Notes under the pieces: generated by a model
What the model was told of the DNA's origin: nothing
Seen by the model: the letters and a program-made list of their open reading frames with translations, nothing else
The model's database searches: none
Origin: the human T2T-CHM13v2.0 reference genome, Homo sapiens
DNA: 64,000 nt
Assembly: GCF_009914755.1 (NCBI RefSeq)
Contig: NC_060943.1
Reading direction: 5' to 3' (one strand)
Translations under genes and position numbers: made by a program
Part shown: one piece after another, positions 46,781-63,771 of the stretch
How positions within the stretch are numbered: the first letter of the stretch is position 1
How the letters are laid out: each line of letters begins with the position of its first letter

Positions 46781-47808
46781 GGCTGCTCAGCATTTACCCA
46801 ACTGATTTCAAAACATACGTCTGCACAAACGTCTGCATGTGAATATTTAGGGTAGATGTATTCATGATCACCCAAAATCATAAACAACTAAGATGTTCTT
46901 CAATAAGCGAAAGGATAAAGAAACAGTGGTCCGTCCATTCAGTGGGATACTACTTAGTGATTAAAAAAAAAGTGAGCCATGCAAAAAATATGGATGACTG
47001 TTATATGCATATTGCTAAGTGAAAGAAACCAATCCAAAAAGGCTATATGCTATAGGATTTCATTTGTATGACATTTTGCAAAAGGCAAAACTTTAGAGAC
47101 AGTAAGCAGTTGCCAGGGGTTCTAGGAAGGAGGAGACTTGAATATGTGAAGCACAGGTGGTTTTTTAGGGTGGTGAAACTATTCTGGGTAATACTGTAAT
47201 GGTGGATACATTACATTGCATTATCAAATCTGTAGACCTTTACGGCACAAAGAGGAACCCTTAATTATGCAAATTTTAAAAAATCATTTAGGAGGTTGGA
47301 GGATCCCAGGAAGAATGTAGATGGTAACAAAATAATCTACCTGTATTACAAGGGTATGAAATAACTTTACTGAAAAAGGTAGGGTGAAAATAGTGCTGAC
47401 CTATGTAACTATGAAGATAAGTGAAGACTTAAGGCAAAATTTTCTGTTGGTCTACAAGTATCCTAAATGAAAGCATTGATTTAAGATTATCTTTAGCATT
47501 TGAAAAGATTTGGTATTCTAGTAGAGAAATCATCATCCTTTAGGCCCATCAGTTCCTCCGGTCACCGTGCTACACATTTGGGACGCTAGTAGAGGGTCTT
47601 GCTAGATGGCAGTTATATCAAAGAGACATGGGAACAAACTGAAAGAACTTCCAAAGGCAAAGATGAAACAATTTCATAAACCAAGTAAATGACATAGTGT
47701 TAGATTATAACTCAAAGTGTATTATAGATAGCCATGAGTCCATACTAATATAAGTAAATTATTGAATAAGTAACTAAATGGGAAATAGACAAATTTTTCA
47801 TGCAGGAT

Positions 47809-48079
47809 TCTTTTTTTTTTTTTTTTTGAGGCAGGGTCTCACTCTGTTGCCCAGGCTGGAATGCAGTAGTGCAGTCTCAGCTCACTGCAATCTTGTCCTC
47901 CTTGGCTCAAGTGCTCCTCCTGCCTGAGTCCCCCAAGTAACTGGAACCACAGGCACATACTACCATGCCTGACTAATTTTTGTATTTTTTATAGAGATAG
48001 GGATTCGCCATGTTGTCCAGGCTGGTCTCCTGGAGCTCAAGTGATCCACCCACCTCGGCCTCTCAAAGTGCTAGGATTA
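47809..48079 (-). mobile_element. Alu (AluJ-like)
   Basis: Dimer, 5'-truncated. Confidence 0.92.
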
Positions 48080-48508
48080 GCCCCTTGTGCGGAGGGGTGA
48101 AATGCACTTGGGAAGCTCTGCTAGTCAGTGAGACACTGCTGTTGCTGCTGCCCCTGGTCCTGAAGCTGTCCTTCCTCCCTGATGTACTTGACTAAGGCAC
48201 AAGTATAATCTGCTCCTCCATCCCTGAATGTGGAGATGCAGTCATGGCTAAGACGCAGCCTCACTCAAGAAATCCCTCCAGCTTTGTGTGATGCCTGTAA
48301 AAAATGTTTTCTGGGTGCTTCAGAAGTAGACTTTAAGATTGCTGCCCTCATGTATTTTTTCCTAATATTTTGGCACGTATTTGTTGCTTTGCACAATCAT
48401 CTCTGAAAATTTCATCTTTTAAACTCTACCTCTAGAGACGCAGCAAGGCAGCAGTGTCATTGGTTTTCTATGTAAGAAAATCATCTCTGTATTAAAAAAA
48501 ATAAAATA

Positions 48509-48659
48509 GACCGGGTGTGGTGGCTCATGCCTGTAATCTCAGCACTTTGGGAGGCCAAGGCAGGAGCATTGCTGGAGCCCAGGAGTTCAAGACCATCCAG
48601 GGCAACATAGTGAGACCCTGTCTCTACAAAATAATAATAATTATTATTATTTAAAAAAA
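48509..48659 (+). mobile_element. Alu left monomer (FLAM-like)
   Basis: Single left arm. Confidence 0.88.
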
Positions 48660-48663
48660 TAAA

Positions 48664-49240
<577 letters not shown>

Positions 49241-49567
49241 TTAGAGAAGTGGAAGGCCACCTCTTGGCTTTAGTAGGAAGCTTGTGGTGGTTTCCAGTTC
49301 TTACAGAGGAGCCACATTACTCTCACAGCAGTATTCTTAGGAGTCAACCATGGCCAATGTCACCCTCTTTTTATAGGGGGGCTGAGATTGGGAGGGCAGA
49401 CAACCTGCCCACTGCCAGGCACAGGCTATACGCTGCCACTACTACTATCACTATGACTGCTATTTCTGCTACTACTACACACTACGGAAAGGTGGCCTTA
49501 TCTTCTATTTAGGTTTTTAGACTAGTCAAATGTACTCCCAGATGGATGGATTGATAGAAAGTTTATA

Positions 49568-49924
<357 letters not shown>

Positions 49925-50345
49925 TAAATTAAGTGGAAAATACATACAGTTCTCATATACTCCCTCACCCTCGCAGTTTCCCCTACTACTAACATACTGC
50001 AACAGTGGCTACATTTGTTGGAATTCATGAGCCAATATTGGTACATTGTTTACTTCATTTGTTAGAATTCACAGCTCATATTGATACATTGATATTAACA
50101 AAAATCCATAGTTTACATTAGGGTTGACTCTGTGTTGTACATTCTATGGGTTTTCACATGTATCCACCATTATAGTATCATACAGAATAGTTTCACTGCT
50201 CTAACCAGCCCCCTTCGTTTCTCCCTCACTCTCTCTTCCTGTGAACAACTGAAACATTGATCTTTTTACTGTCTCCATAGTTTTGCTTTTCCCAAAATGT
50301 CATGCAGTTGGAATCATACAATATGTACATTTTCAAGTTGGCTTC

Positions 50346-50708
50346 TGTATTAGTCCCTTCTCACACTGCTAATAAAGACATACCTGAGACTGGGTAATTT
50401 ATAAAGGAAAGGGGTTTAATGGACTCACAATTCCACATGGCTGGGGAGGCCTCACAATCATGGTGAAAGGCAAAGGAGAGGCAAAGTCACATCTTACATG
50501 GCGCCAGGCAAGAGAGCATGTTCAGGGGAACTCCCATTTATAAAACCATCAGATCTCGTGAGAACTCATTCACTATCACGAGAAGAGGATGGGGAAAACT
50601 GCCTCCATGACTCAATTATCTCCACCTGGTCCCTCCCATGACATGTGGGGATTATGGGAACTACAATTCAAGATGAGATTTGAGTGGGGACACAGCCAAA
50701 CCATATCA
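50346..50708 (-). mobile_element. MaLR solo LTR (THE1-like)
   Basis: tgtattagtcccttctcacactgc…acagccaaaccatatca; TSD gcttc/acttc. Confidence 0.92.
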
Positions 50709-51296
50709 ACTTCTTTCACTTAGAAATAGGCACTTAAGATTCCTCCATGTCTTTTCATGGCTCGATAGTTCATTTCTTTTTATTGCTATATAATATTCCA
50801 TTGTGTGGTTATACCTCAGTTTGTTTAACCATTCAACCTATTGAAGGATACCTTGGTTGTATCTGAGTTCTCCCAATTATGAATGAAGCTACTATAAACA
50901 TTCATGGGCAAGTTTTTGTGTGGATGTAAGTTTCCAACTCATTTGGATAAATTACAAGGAGCAAATTGCTGAATCCTGTGGTGAGAGTATATTTAGTTTG
51001 CATTCCCACCGGAAATGAATGAGAGTTCCATTGCTCCCCATTCTCATCAGCATTTGGTGTTGTTCGTGTCTTGTGTTTAGCCATCCTAATGGATGTGTAG
51101 TGTAGTGCACTGCTGTTTAGATGTGCAATTCTCTGATGACATGAGGTTGAGCATCTTTTTGATATCTTCTTTTGCTTTATTTTAACAAGATGTCTGTTAA
51201 GGTCTTTTATCCATTTTTAAATTGGGTTGTTTTCTTATTGTTATTTTTAAGAGGTTTTTTGGGGTGTGTGTGTGTGTATGTGTGTGTGTGTTTGTA

Positions 51297-51586
<290 letters not shown>

Positions 51587-52644
51587 CATTTCTTTTTTTT
51601 TTTTTTTTTTTTTGGAATTCTTTCTTTAAAAGATCACATTTTTGGTGTTGTATCTAAAAGGTCATTGCCAAACTCAAGGCACCTGATTTTCTTTTTCGTT
51701 ATCTTCTAGTTTTACTGTCTTGCCTCTTACATTTAGGTTTTTTTAATTGCAAACCTCAAGGGTGGAAGCAGACTATCAACATTTGGAATACTTGAAGTGA
51801 AAATAATAAATAATAATGGAAGGCTGGGGTTGAAAACACAAGCATGGCAGGCGAGATCCAATTCTGCTGGGAAGATGGCAAGCTTCTCTTTTACAAGGAG
51901 ATACCAGGGATTTCTCCCCTAAGGATACACTGCTTCCCCTCATCTTTCCTGATTCCTTTCCAGCCACACAGGGATCTGATCTTATCAAGGGGAGAGATAG
52001 GGACGGACATATTCCTGCTTGGGAGCTATGGGTCTCCATCATCAGAGCCATTTCCACCCTTACAAGGAAGGGCAAGTGAATAGATCTGGCCCCACAAGCA
52101 AGAAGGAAAATCCATTCTGCTGCTCAGGTCATAGATGGGGAGCTGAGAAGAAAATAAACGGTGAGTGAGAATTTGGAATTATTACTTCTTTTTGGTTAAT
52201 TTTTTTTCTGCTGCTGTATTGTGTCTTTGCATCTGATTCCAAGAAAAGGATTGACCCCAAGGTGGAGGTGGGGCATCCATACAGATGACATCACTATCAC
52301 TGCATGACTGCTTTGCTCAGAGCTGGGAGCTGGGAAAGGGATGCTGCCAAGTCTGGCAATGGAGGCTGGAGCTTCACAAGGGGAGTTTTCCTGGTGGATG
52401 TCAGCCTTGAGAAAAGCCCTCCTGGGGCTGGGGCTGGGTCTTTTCTTCTCCAAGTCAGTCCCAAATCCTTTTAGGAGAAAACACACCCTCCATTTGGAAT
52501 GTACTGAGAAGTAGAATTGAAAGGTCTGGGTGAGGGATAGGAGGAAGGATGAATGGAGGAGGGCCAGGGAGGACTCCCGGGCTTCTGGCATCTCTCCAAT
52601 GAGGAGGGGAATCCAGGGATCACTGTTTAAATGTGCAAAGTCTA

Positions 52645-52960
52645 GGCCAGGCATGGTGGCTTATACCTGTAATTCCAACGTTTTGTGAGGCTGAGGCAAG
52701 AGGATGGCTTGAGGCCAGGAGTTCGAGACCAGACTGGGCAACAAAGCGAGACCCCATCTGTACTAAAATAAAACAATAACAAAAAATTAGCCAAGCCTGG
52801 TTGCACACACCTGTAGTCCCAGCTACTCAGGAGGCTGAGGTGAGAGGATCACTTGAGCCCAGGAGGTGGAGGCTACAGTGCGCTATGATTGCATTACTGC
52901 ACTCTAGACTGGGTAACAGAGCAAGACCCTGTCGCAAGATAAATACTTAAATAAATAAAT
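52645..52960 (+). mobile_element. Alu (AluJ-like)
   Basis: TSD taaatgtgcWWagtcta. Confidence 0.95.
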
Positions 52961-53811
52961 GTGCTTAGTCTAAAGGGCTGCTGGGATGTCTGAAAAGCAA
53001 TGGATGCCTTGTAGAGAGCCCACTAAATGGGCACAAGGGTTTTCTGTTTTCTGGGGGTACCCAGGGTTCTAGCTGGAAAGGGACAGGCTTGGAGATAAGT
53101 GGCCCTGCAAAGACTCTTCTCCTTTTCCAACCTTAGTATTAAAATCCCTTTGATGGTCCAGTGGGCCTTAGGCCAAAGGAAGAAAAGAGTTTATGAAAAA
53201 CCATTCAAAGAACTAAAAATAACTTGCTCATTTCTCGGCTAGACTGGCTTTGTTCAAGTCTTAGAAAAGGCAAGGAAAAAAAAAAACTTGAGAGCAAAAA
53301 ATCCATGGCAACAAGCATCTTCTGTTTATGGATAGCATCCCAGGGAAATTAAGTGTCTGGCTGCTAGAGAGTAGAAGCGAAGTCAAAGTCATCTGTATCT
53401 GTTTACTTTTCTCAGATTGAGCGAACTGAAAGCCCATACCTGTTCTATATCTCCACCAGAAGTAAATACTTGTATTTTTGTTTGACAAGACATAAGCCCA
53501 ATTGTTTCAGGAGTTTTGAATAAAGATGATAACATATCATTATGATTGTTGGATGACAGACTGGCTTTCCATAGCATGGATTGCCAAGAAGGGAGGGCAA
53601 AATGAAATAAGTGGGTGTTGGTAGGTATAGGTTCTAATTTCTAGTAAAAATCACTATTGTGTTTTCATTTAAACTGTTGACTGTTTTTACTTCTTTGATT
53701 CTCTTTTTAAAATTTATAATTAATTTCAAACCCACAAAGTAAACTGAACCATCCTCAATTATCTCTAAATAAGGTAAACATTTTTATTTTATTTTATTTT
53801 ATATTCATTTT

Positions 53812-54412
<601 letters not shown>

Positions 54413-55349
54413 ATACTTATTTTAGAATTTATTTCATGTGTTCTATTATTTCAGTTCTTCAAATGCAAATTCTTCACTTGTTGCACACCCTCTCACACAT
54501 GTTATTTATTACTGTGAAGTCAACTTCAGGAAGGGGTTTTCTGAGAGTCTTATGTGCTTGACCTGCAAAAGTCACATAACTGAAGCCCCTGTTGGTGGTT
54601 TATTCTCACCCAAGACTCTGGACCCAGCTCTCATCTCTAACCAGAATCACCCCCAGGATCCGGCACAGACACCATTTACAGGTGTGTATGTCAGAGCTCA
54701 TCTCTCAGACAGGCTCAGGTCCAGAGAGAAAACCAACAAATACCGCAGGTGACCCCAGGTGTTTTTGAAGTCATTACCCCCTCCCTGAGCTCTGGTGCCT
54801 GTCCTGAAACTCCTTTTGCAAATGAAGACATTTACATTTCATGTCCTCTGCATCCTCCTGCCAGGGCCTTCGGCTGATCAATACTTTTAGCTGACAATAT
54901 TCCCCACAAGCTAAAGAAATGGCTCTCTCACCATAGAGATGAACAGAGGCTTCTTCATGGGTTTACTGGTGATATCAAGTTTCCATTTTACAGCCTTGTG
55001 AAAGCATTTAGAAAACCATGATTCCTAAGTAGTGTGAATAGAAAGGAACCTATTTGTTATGCTGATGTATCCTCCTCTATAGACTCAGGGATAGCCTGAC
55101 TTTAGCCATGCACACCACACTTTCTTTGCTGCCGTGTGTGGGACCCAGGTAAGAAGGCTAAAGAGATGGCTGACACAGAGGTGAAGGAGGGAAGAACCAC
55201 TAGAAACCTCGGAGTTGGTGCAAGAGGCAAGATACAAAGAGAAGGAACCAGACCAGCCACCCAGGATTACTGAATGATGATTACAGAAGCCCAGAATAGG
55301 AAGGCACCCGGGAGGCTAGAGGACGGAATTTGGAGGCTGGGCACAAGGT

Positions 55350-55650
55350 TGTGGGCAGGTGTGCAGGTGTGTGGGTATGCAGGTGTGCAGTTGTGCAAAT
55401 GTGCAGGCGTGTAGTTGTGGAGGTATGCAGGTGTGCAAGAGTGCAGGTGTGCAAGTGTGCAAGTGTGCAGTTAAGCAGGTGTGTAAATGTGCAGGTGTGC
55501 CGATGTGCAATTTTGCAAGTGTGCAGTTGTGCAGTTGAGGTGTGCAGGTGTGCAGTTGTGTGAATGTGCAGGTGTGTGAGCATGCAGGTATGCAATTGTG
55601 CAAGTGTGCAGGTGTGCGAGTGTGCAGGTATACAGGTGTGCAGGTGTACA
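55350..55650. repeat. Degenerate 8-bp tandem repeat (GTGTGCAG)n, ~37 units
   Basis: 8-bp periodicity visible directly; explains the His/Thr/Cys- and Val/Cys-rich ORFs. Confidence 0.93.
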
Positions 55651-56461
55651 AGGGGGAGCATGGGAGACAGGCTAACCTCTCTGAGGCCTCGTTATCTGAC
55701 AAGGTCAAGGTTCCAGCATTGGCCAAGAGGTTGCCATCACTGCAGCCCCCTCATTGTGGGGAATCCTGGGGCTCTGGGACCACAGTTGGATCTCCATCAG
55801 CCCTGCTGATGGACTACATTGGCTGAAGGGAATGCCTGGAACTAGAAGACATTTCCAGGCTCTGCAATACAGCAGCCCAGGAAAACTAGAGGCTCCTCAA
55901 TGAGGAGAAGCAGCTAAGCCCAGCCCTGCCAGGGTCCTGTGCCTGCTCTGCTCAGTGAGTGCCCCCTCTCAGGGATGATCTGGTCCTAACCTCTTGGGTC
56001 ATTTTGGTGAAATGAGAGTTCATTCCTGCAGAGGTCAGGCCAGAAAAGAGAGGGGGAACAAAATTCCAGAGACAGGAAGAGTGGTGGAGTGACAAAGGGC
56101 CCTGTAAGACCCCACCACCCGAAAAGGACCCTGCCTGCTGCCAAACGGCAGATTGGTGAGCAAGTGGTTTCTTGCAGGGCATCTAAAAGTCAGGAGCGGG
56201 TGACTGGAGGTGCACCTGACAAACACACCCAGCCTGAGATACCCAGATATGAGGATGTGAGGTAGGGCTTTCCTAACACCGGCTGCCTCTGAGCCCTCCA
56301 GGTCTAATCAGTTATCCAAATACCGAACCTGCTCAAATGGCATGGTTTCCACCTGGGCCAGGGGCCGCACGGGGTAAAGGCGTAGCATGTATCTGCTGTT
56401 CATTCTGTTATTCAACCAACATTTGCAGAGAGTCTTTCAAGGGGCGGCACAGTTCTATTAA

Positions 56462-56764
56462 TTTTTTTATCTTTATTTATTTAGAGACAGGGCCTCCCTC
56501 TGTCACCCAGGCTGGAATGCAGTGGTGTAATCATAGCTCACTGCAGCCTCAAACTCCTGGTCTCAAGCAATCCTCTCAACTCAACCTCCTGAATAGCTGG
56601 GACTACAGGTGCACATCACCACATCTGGCTAATTTTTTTCATCTTTTGTAGAGATGAGCTTTCACCATGTTGCCCAGGCTAGTCTCAAGCTCCTGGCCTC
56701 AAGCAACTCTACTGTCTCAGCCTCCCAAAATGCTGGGATTACAGGCATGAGCCACTGCACCAGC
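56462..56764 (-). mobile_element. Alu (AluJ-like)
   Basis: Full dimer. Confidence 0.94.
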
Positions 56765-57305
56765 AGGGCATGGTTCTGGGGTTCAGTGTGAATGAGACAG
56801 ATTAAGACACCTACCCGTCCTCATGAAGCTTACATTCAGGCAGGAGAGACAATACAATAACAAATAAACAAGACCATTTCAGAGATCCTTCTGAATGCTA
56901 AAAAGAAAATAATAAATGTTATTAATAGTGGCATATAAAGTGACATGGGGGTGGAGGTGGGGCAGAGTTGGTAAATGGGAAAAGTGCCTCACACAAGGTG
57001 GTTTGGAGCTGTGATCTGAATGACAAGGAGAAGCCAACTGTGAAGATGAGAGGGAAGAAGTTTCCAGGTAGAGTCACAGTCCATGCAAAGGCCCTGAGGC
57101 AAGAAAGGGCTTGAGGAGTTCCAAGGACTGGCAGAGGCCAGGGTGGCTGCAGCCTTGGGGAAGGAGGAGGAGCGGGGATCTAAGAGCTGCCGAGGAGAGG
57201 AAGGCCTTGGGCTGTGGCTACAGCTCAAGCCTACTCTGGGTGCAGTGGGAAACCGTTAACCAGGTTTAAATTGGGAGTGATGTGATCAAGTCATCTTTTT
57301 AAAAT

Positions 57306-57928
<623 letters not shown>

Positions 57929-58453
57929 ATCAAATCATCTTTTAGGAAGTCCTCTCTGGCTTTGTATGAAGAGTGGGCTACAGGGGACGAGAGAATGGCA
58001 GGACACCAGGTACAGGGCACCAGGTGGGACTCTGTAGCGTTAGTCCAGGAGAAAGGGGATGCAGGCTGAGCTAGGATGGGAGGGACAGCTCGCATCCCTC
58101 TCCTGGAGTACTTCCCAAACTGATTTAATGACAGAACGCTTTCACCCTGGTGCTGCCTTCCAGCTGTCCCTGCAGCATGGCAAGAAGGAGTTTGCTCTGC
58201 TCACTTCAGCTAAATTCTTCTTCACAAAAGCATCTCCTTTGCTGGTCTTGCCTCTGCCAGTTGGTCTAGGCATAAGCCTATGTGCTGTGTTTACTTAATT
58301 ACAGAAAACAATTATTCTGGAATCTTGGGACACTTAGGCACTGACTTTACCTTTCTTAACATAAGGACTCAGAAAAGAATTTAGAAAATGAACCAACCCC
58401 CTAATCAGATGCCTGACCAAATGTCCTGGAGGATGCTGGAAATGGGGATAACA

Positions 58454-58625
58454 TTTTCTTTCCTTTTCTTTTCTTTTTTGAGACACAGTGTCACTCTGCC
58501 GCCCAGGCTGGAGTGTGGTGGCACGATCTTGGTTCACTGGGACCTCTGCTTCCCAGGTTCAAGTGATTCTCATGCTTCAGCTTCCTAAGTAGCTGGATTA
58601 CAGGCAGCCGCCACCACGCCTGGCT

Positions 58626-58656
<31 letters not shown>

Positions 58657-58776
58657 GTAGAGACGGGGTTTCACCATATCGGCCAGGCTGGTTCTCAAAC
58701 TCCTGACCTCAAGTGACCCACCTGCCTCGGCCTCCCAAAGTGCTGGAATTACAGACATTAGCCACTGCACCTGACC
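58454..58776 (-). mobile_element. Alu (AluS-like) with expanded middle poly-A
   Basis: Dimer with an uninterrupted T run of ~28 nt at 58628-58655. Confidence 0.95.
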
Positions 58777-59297
58777 AGGATAACATTTTCTGTCCATGAG
58801 CAGACCCTTGTTTTTTCTCTTGAGTCTTTTTTTGGGGGGTGGTGCGGGGAATATCATTAGGATGGGCAAAACTCTGTAAAAGTGATGTTAGCACAGAGAT
58901 TCAATGGTGACTTTAAGTGCAAATTATATACTTTAAAAATACAAGCCATTATTCTAATCAAAATAATTGCTCATACTATATGTGTGAAGACAGGTGAAAT
59001 TCAAGAGATACAGTTTGCCTGTGGTGGGATCAATTATCAGAACTCACTACGCTACAGTGCACTTCTTTTATTACCAGGAGCAATAGATTTTGCACTAAAG
59101 ATTCTCACTTAAATCCTACTGCTATGCATCATCTGCAAAACATGACACTAATGTAAGCATCTTAGAAAACACTTACATGTACACACGTAAATAGTGGGAA
59201 AATCAACTAAACTGAAATCAGCAAAGTTGTTGCTCTTCAGGGAGTGAACAAAAGGTAGCTCTGCGAACAAAGGTACATTGGCACCTTCAACAGTTAA

Positions 59298-59785
<488 letters not shown>

Positions 59786-60067
59786 TGACAGCACACAAAA
59801 CATATCTCACACTTCCAGATTGAATGGAATTTGAGAGTTAAATCAATTGCCTTAAACTGTAATCCTTCAATGTACCATAACTGAAATATTGTGAAATAGG
59901 CTGTGCTTGAATAACTGAAGCCTGCTAGAATTTACACATTAAAACCCAATTATGACAACTGGAAAGGCCTGTCTACTACTTCAGCCCCGACCTGTGACAA
60001 ATATAATCTCTTGTTCTATCAATAAAAGGAGAGGACAAAGGAGGCATGTGAGCATGTGGCACTTGGT

Positions 60068-60467
<400 letters not shown>

Positions 60468-62339
60468 TAGAAGATATTGTGCATCCAGACAGGCACTCAT
60501 CTTTCCACCCAGAAAAAAGAGCTCAAGTGAGTTCAGTTCACAGCCTTTCAAGGGAAGGAGGCTGTCGATGCTGTTTGGTTCTTCCTCTGTGCATCATCTG
60601 AGCCAGCTCTTGTTTCTGCATCTGTAGCAAAGAGAGAGAGTTGTCCTCTGAATTCCCTTTCCACATTGTTATGACTCTTCGCAAGCATGAGCCTATGACC
60701 CATGGGGAGAATGCAACCTTTGCCCACACTTTCCAGAGACTGCAAGCAGCATGCCAAGACAGTGCCCTGCTTGAGACTGTGTGTGTGATTTTAGATCTTA
60801 AACTCTTGATGATGGCTTTCATTTCTGGGTAAAACTGATGCTTTCCTAAGAATTCCAATAGCTGCAGCACCACAGAGAGATGTTCAACAGATAAAGAGCT
60901 GGTCAAAATGGGATAAGGCTTAGCTTGCTGGCTTATCTCACTTCATCCCTCGCCAGGTTTCCTCCTCTATTCCTGGGACTTCAGGTGTGTCCAGGAGCCA
61001 CAGGGAACTCTCGTGGGTTGGCAGGGAGACATAATTTCCCTGGGGAACAGCACAGGGAGACTGTCTATAAGGAGATAGGCAGAAGCTCTGGAGCAGGGAC
61101 AAGGTTAGTGCTGTCTGGGTTTTGAGCAGGTGCCTTTGCTGCTGAGACCAGGACAGAGGTGGGGTTGGACAGAAGTGGCCAAGGGAAGGTGGAGGGGTGA
61201 TGGCAGGGTGTTCTGGGGCACTGCGTGGGTAGCAGCTTGTGCTCCAGCGTCGAGTAGGGTCAGTCCCAGTGAGACTGGCCTGGCTGGAAAGGGAAGAGGG
61301 GAGGTACAGAGAAAAACAGTGGGTGCCAAGGCTGGACTTAGGGATTCTCAAAGAACCCAAAGAGAGTGTTAGTAGAAGACAGCCCAAAGACCACTGCCCA
61401 GAAGGAAATATTTTTGCTGTTGTATAGAATACGGCTCTGGAAAAACAAGGCTGACAAGGATGTATTTGAATGGCATGATCACACCCTGACCACAGACAAA
61501 GATAACAAGCTAATTCCTAAGAGCTGCAGTTGGAGAAACTGAGGCAGGATCCATGGTCACAGCACGGGATGCTGTGCTGCACTCTACAGCTCTTAGTACT
61601 ACATGGCCTTCTACTGCTGTCAGGTGGTGCATGTGTGATTCTGAGTGGGGCTAGGGGAAACAGCCTTCCCTACCCCTCACCCCTGAAATGAGGACTCCCG
61701 TGCTTCTCTGGGGGAGCTCTGCAGCAGGGTTCAGCAGCTGCCCTGAAGTGACACCAGGGTCCTAGTGGCTCAGACACACTGCAGCTGGCTCTACCCTGAA
61801 TCAGAAAACCCAGCTCTGAGGATGACTTGAGCAGTTAAATGAAAGCTTATGTCAAGTCTCGGTCCCAACTTCTCCTGGAAGAATCTCCTGGAACTTCTCC
61901 TGGAAGAATTACCCTGCAGTTTTCTCAGGCTTCAGAATCTAAAGCTTCTCATTTGAGATCAAATCCAATGACTCCAAACAAATCAAAAACAAAGAAGTCT
62001 TCTTTCTGGCTAATAACAATTTTTGCGTGCAGGTCTAAAACTTCCTGGGAGCTTCTGAATTCAGCCTTCCCCTCCCTGGGCACCAATTCAGCAGGGGCAG
62101 GTATAGCGCTGTCAATGGGCTCCAAAGCAAACAGACACCCACAGGACCCAGGAATCAGACAAAAGAAAGGGGGCATGCGGGACATGCAGGGAATGTTCAT
62201 GGGACAGGGAAGAAGTCCACAAGCCCTTTCTCTCCCGGCAGCTCGTTGTCGGATTTCACCTGGAATATCTTTGGCCTACATCCAGATTAAATGCCAGTTA
62301 GAAAGCTCTGCCCACCCGACTTTTCGGGGCAGACAGCAA

Positions 62340-62700
62340 CGATGGTGAGCTCTAATCATTTACAAAGGTCATGATCCAGAGCGAGCCGCGGAGCAGTCAT
62401 TTAAAATTCGATTGATCCCTATTTGTAGTCAGGGAAAGAAAATGGGCACTTGGACTGTATTGTAATTATGAGGCTTCCAGGCAACCATAAATAGATGTGC
62501 AATCTCAGTACTGGAAAATATCTGGAAGAAGAAATTATTACTCTGGCATGGTACGTTGCTAGGAAAGGTTGAAGACAAAATTGCGCATAAAAAAATCAAT
62601 CATCTTTTAGCTAATTTGCTTCTCTCGCCACTCATCGGGGTTATCACAATTATCAGATGTCTGCCGAATATATTATGAGGAGGATCTGCTGGCTGAAAAT
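62340..62700. promoter_or_regulatory. Candidate enhancer
   Basis: Repeat-free, retains CpGs, dense homeodomain, nuclear-receptor and GATA motifs. Confidence 0.4.
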
Positions 62701-63039
62701 GATCTTCAAGAAAGCAAAGGCCTCAAATTTGGTGGGGACTCTGGAGAGCTGGCATTTGGGGCTGGGTGGGCTCCAGGGGCCACGAGCATAAGGGAAGAGC
62801 CTTGGGGTGGCTCTTTTGGAGCCTCTTGCTAAGGGATAGGTTTCCAGAGTTCTTGAGAGCATCAGCCCTGTGTAGGCACTGCAAATACCATCTCGATGTC
62901 CACCCTGCTGGGGAAATCAGTCTGGGAAGAGGAGGATCTGCTCATTCTGTGAGTGGCAGAAGATCAAGTGGCCGGCACATCCTCTGCTGCTTAGTCCCAT
63001 GGGGCTGGCCCTGGTACTTGACATTCATAACCTTAACCT

Positions 63040-63165
63040 TAACCACACCCCCAGGAATGAGTATTACCAACCCCCTATTACTGATGGGGAAACTGAGGAA
63101 CAGTAAGATTCAGAAGTGTGCCCAAGATCACCTGGAGGCATGTGGCAGAGCTAAGCCCAGAGCCA
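63040..63165 (-). mobile_element. MIR
   Basis: tactgatggggaaactgagg…gtgtgcccaagatcac core. Confidence 0.8.
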
Positions 63166-63771
63166 CCTGGAGGTGGGGACCAGGGGACCTGGAGGTCCCA
63201 CCTTGTTCCAGGCAGGGCCACGCCAGTCCAGTGCTTTTAGAAGAGGCGAAGGCAGGGGTGCCCACTCTCCACCTCTGCCTCTGCCTCTCTTCCATGCCCC
63301 TGAAGAATCTCTCCCTTCGAATCCTTAGGAACCTTCAAGGCTCTAGGCAAAAACAATGCTTGCTGGATGGCAAATGTTCCCCACGGGGGCTGGCGAGCCT
63401 TCTGAGTCTACTTCCTGAGCCTGCCATAGTCCAGAGGGCTGGCCCTGGTTCTGTGTGGGGAGGATCTCTGACCCTGACTCCATGGGGTCACCCCACCTTC
63501 TGAGCTGGTGCTTCCAGCACCTTGACATCCCAGAAGCCCCATGATGGCCTCCAGTGGGATCAACAGAGCACTCTCAGGAATGATGCCAATTAAATCAAGG
63601 TCCCCTTTTCTCTGCACGGAACCAGCCAACACCAGCCAGCAGTGCCAGACCGTGAGCTGGGCCAGGCAATCCCCAGCCAGGCAAGGGTGACAAAGAGGAC
63701 AGCCCACCTGAGAATCACCTGCCACCACGGAACTAGCATCTAAAGGAGCGTAATATACTCATGTCATTCTT

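Noticed and set aside
55281-55826. His/Thr/Cys- and Val/Cys-rich ORFs
   Set aside because: Translations of the 8-bp tandem repeat
60538-63728. Non-repeat ORFs of 122, 149, 169 and 245 aa
   Set aside because: No recognisable protein family or exon structure; the 245-aa ORF runs through a MIR; consistent with chance
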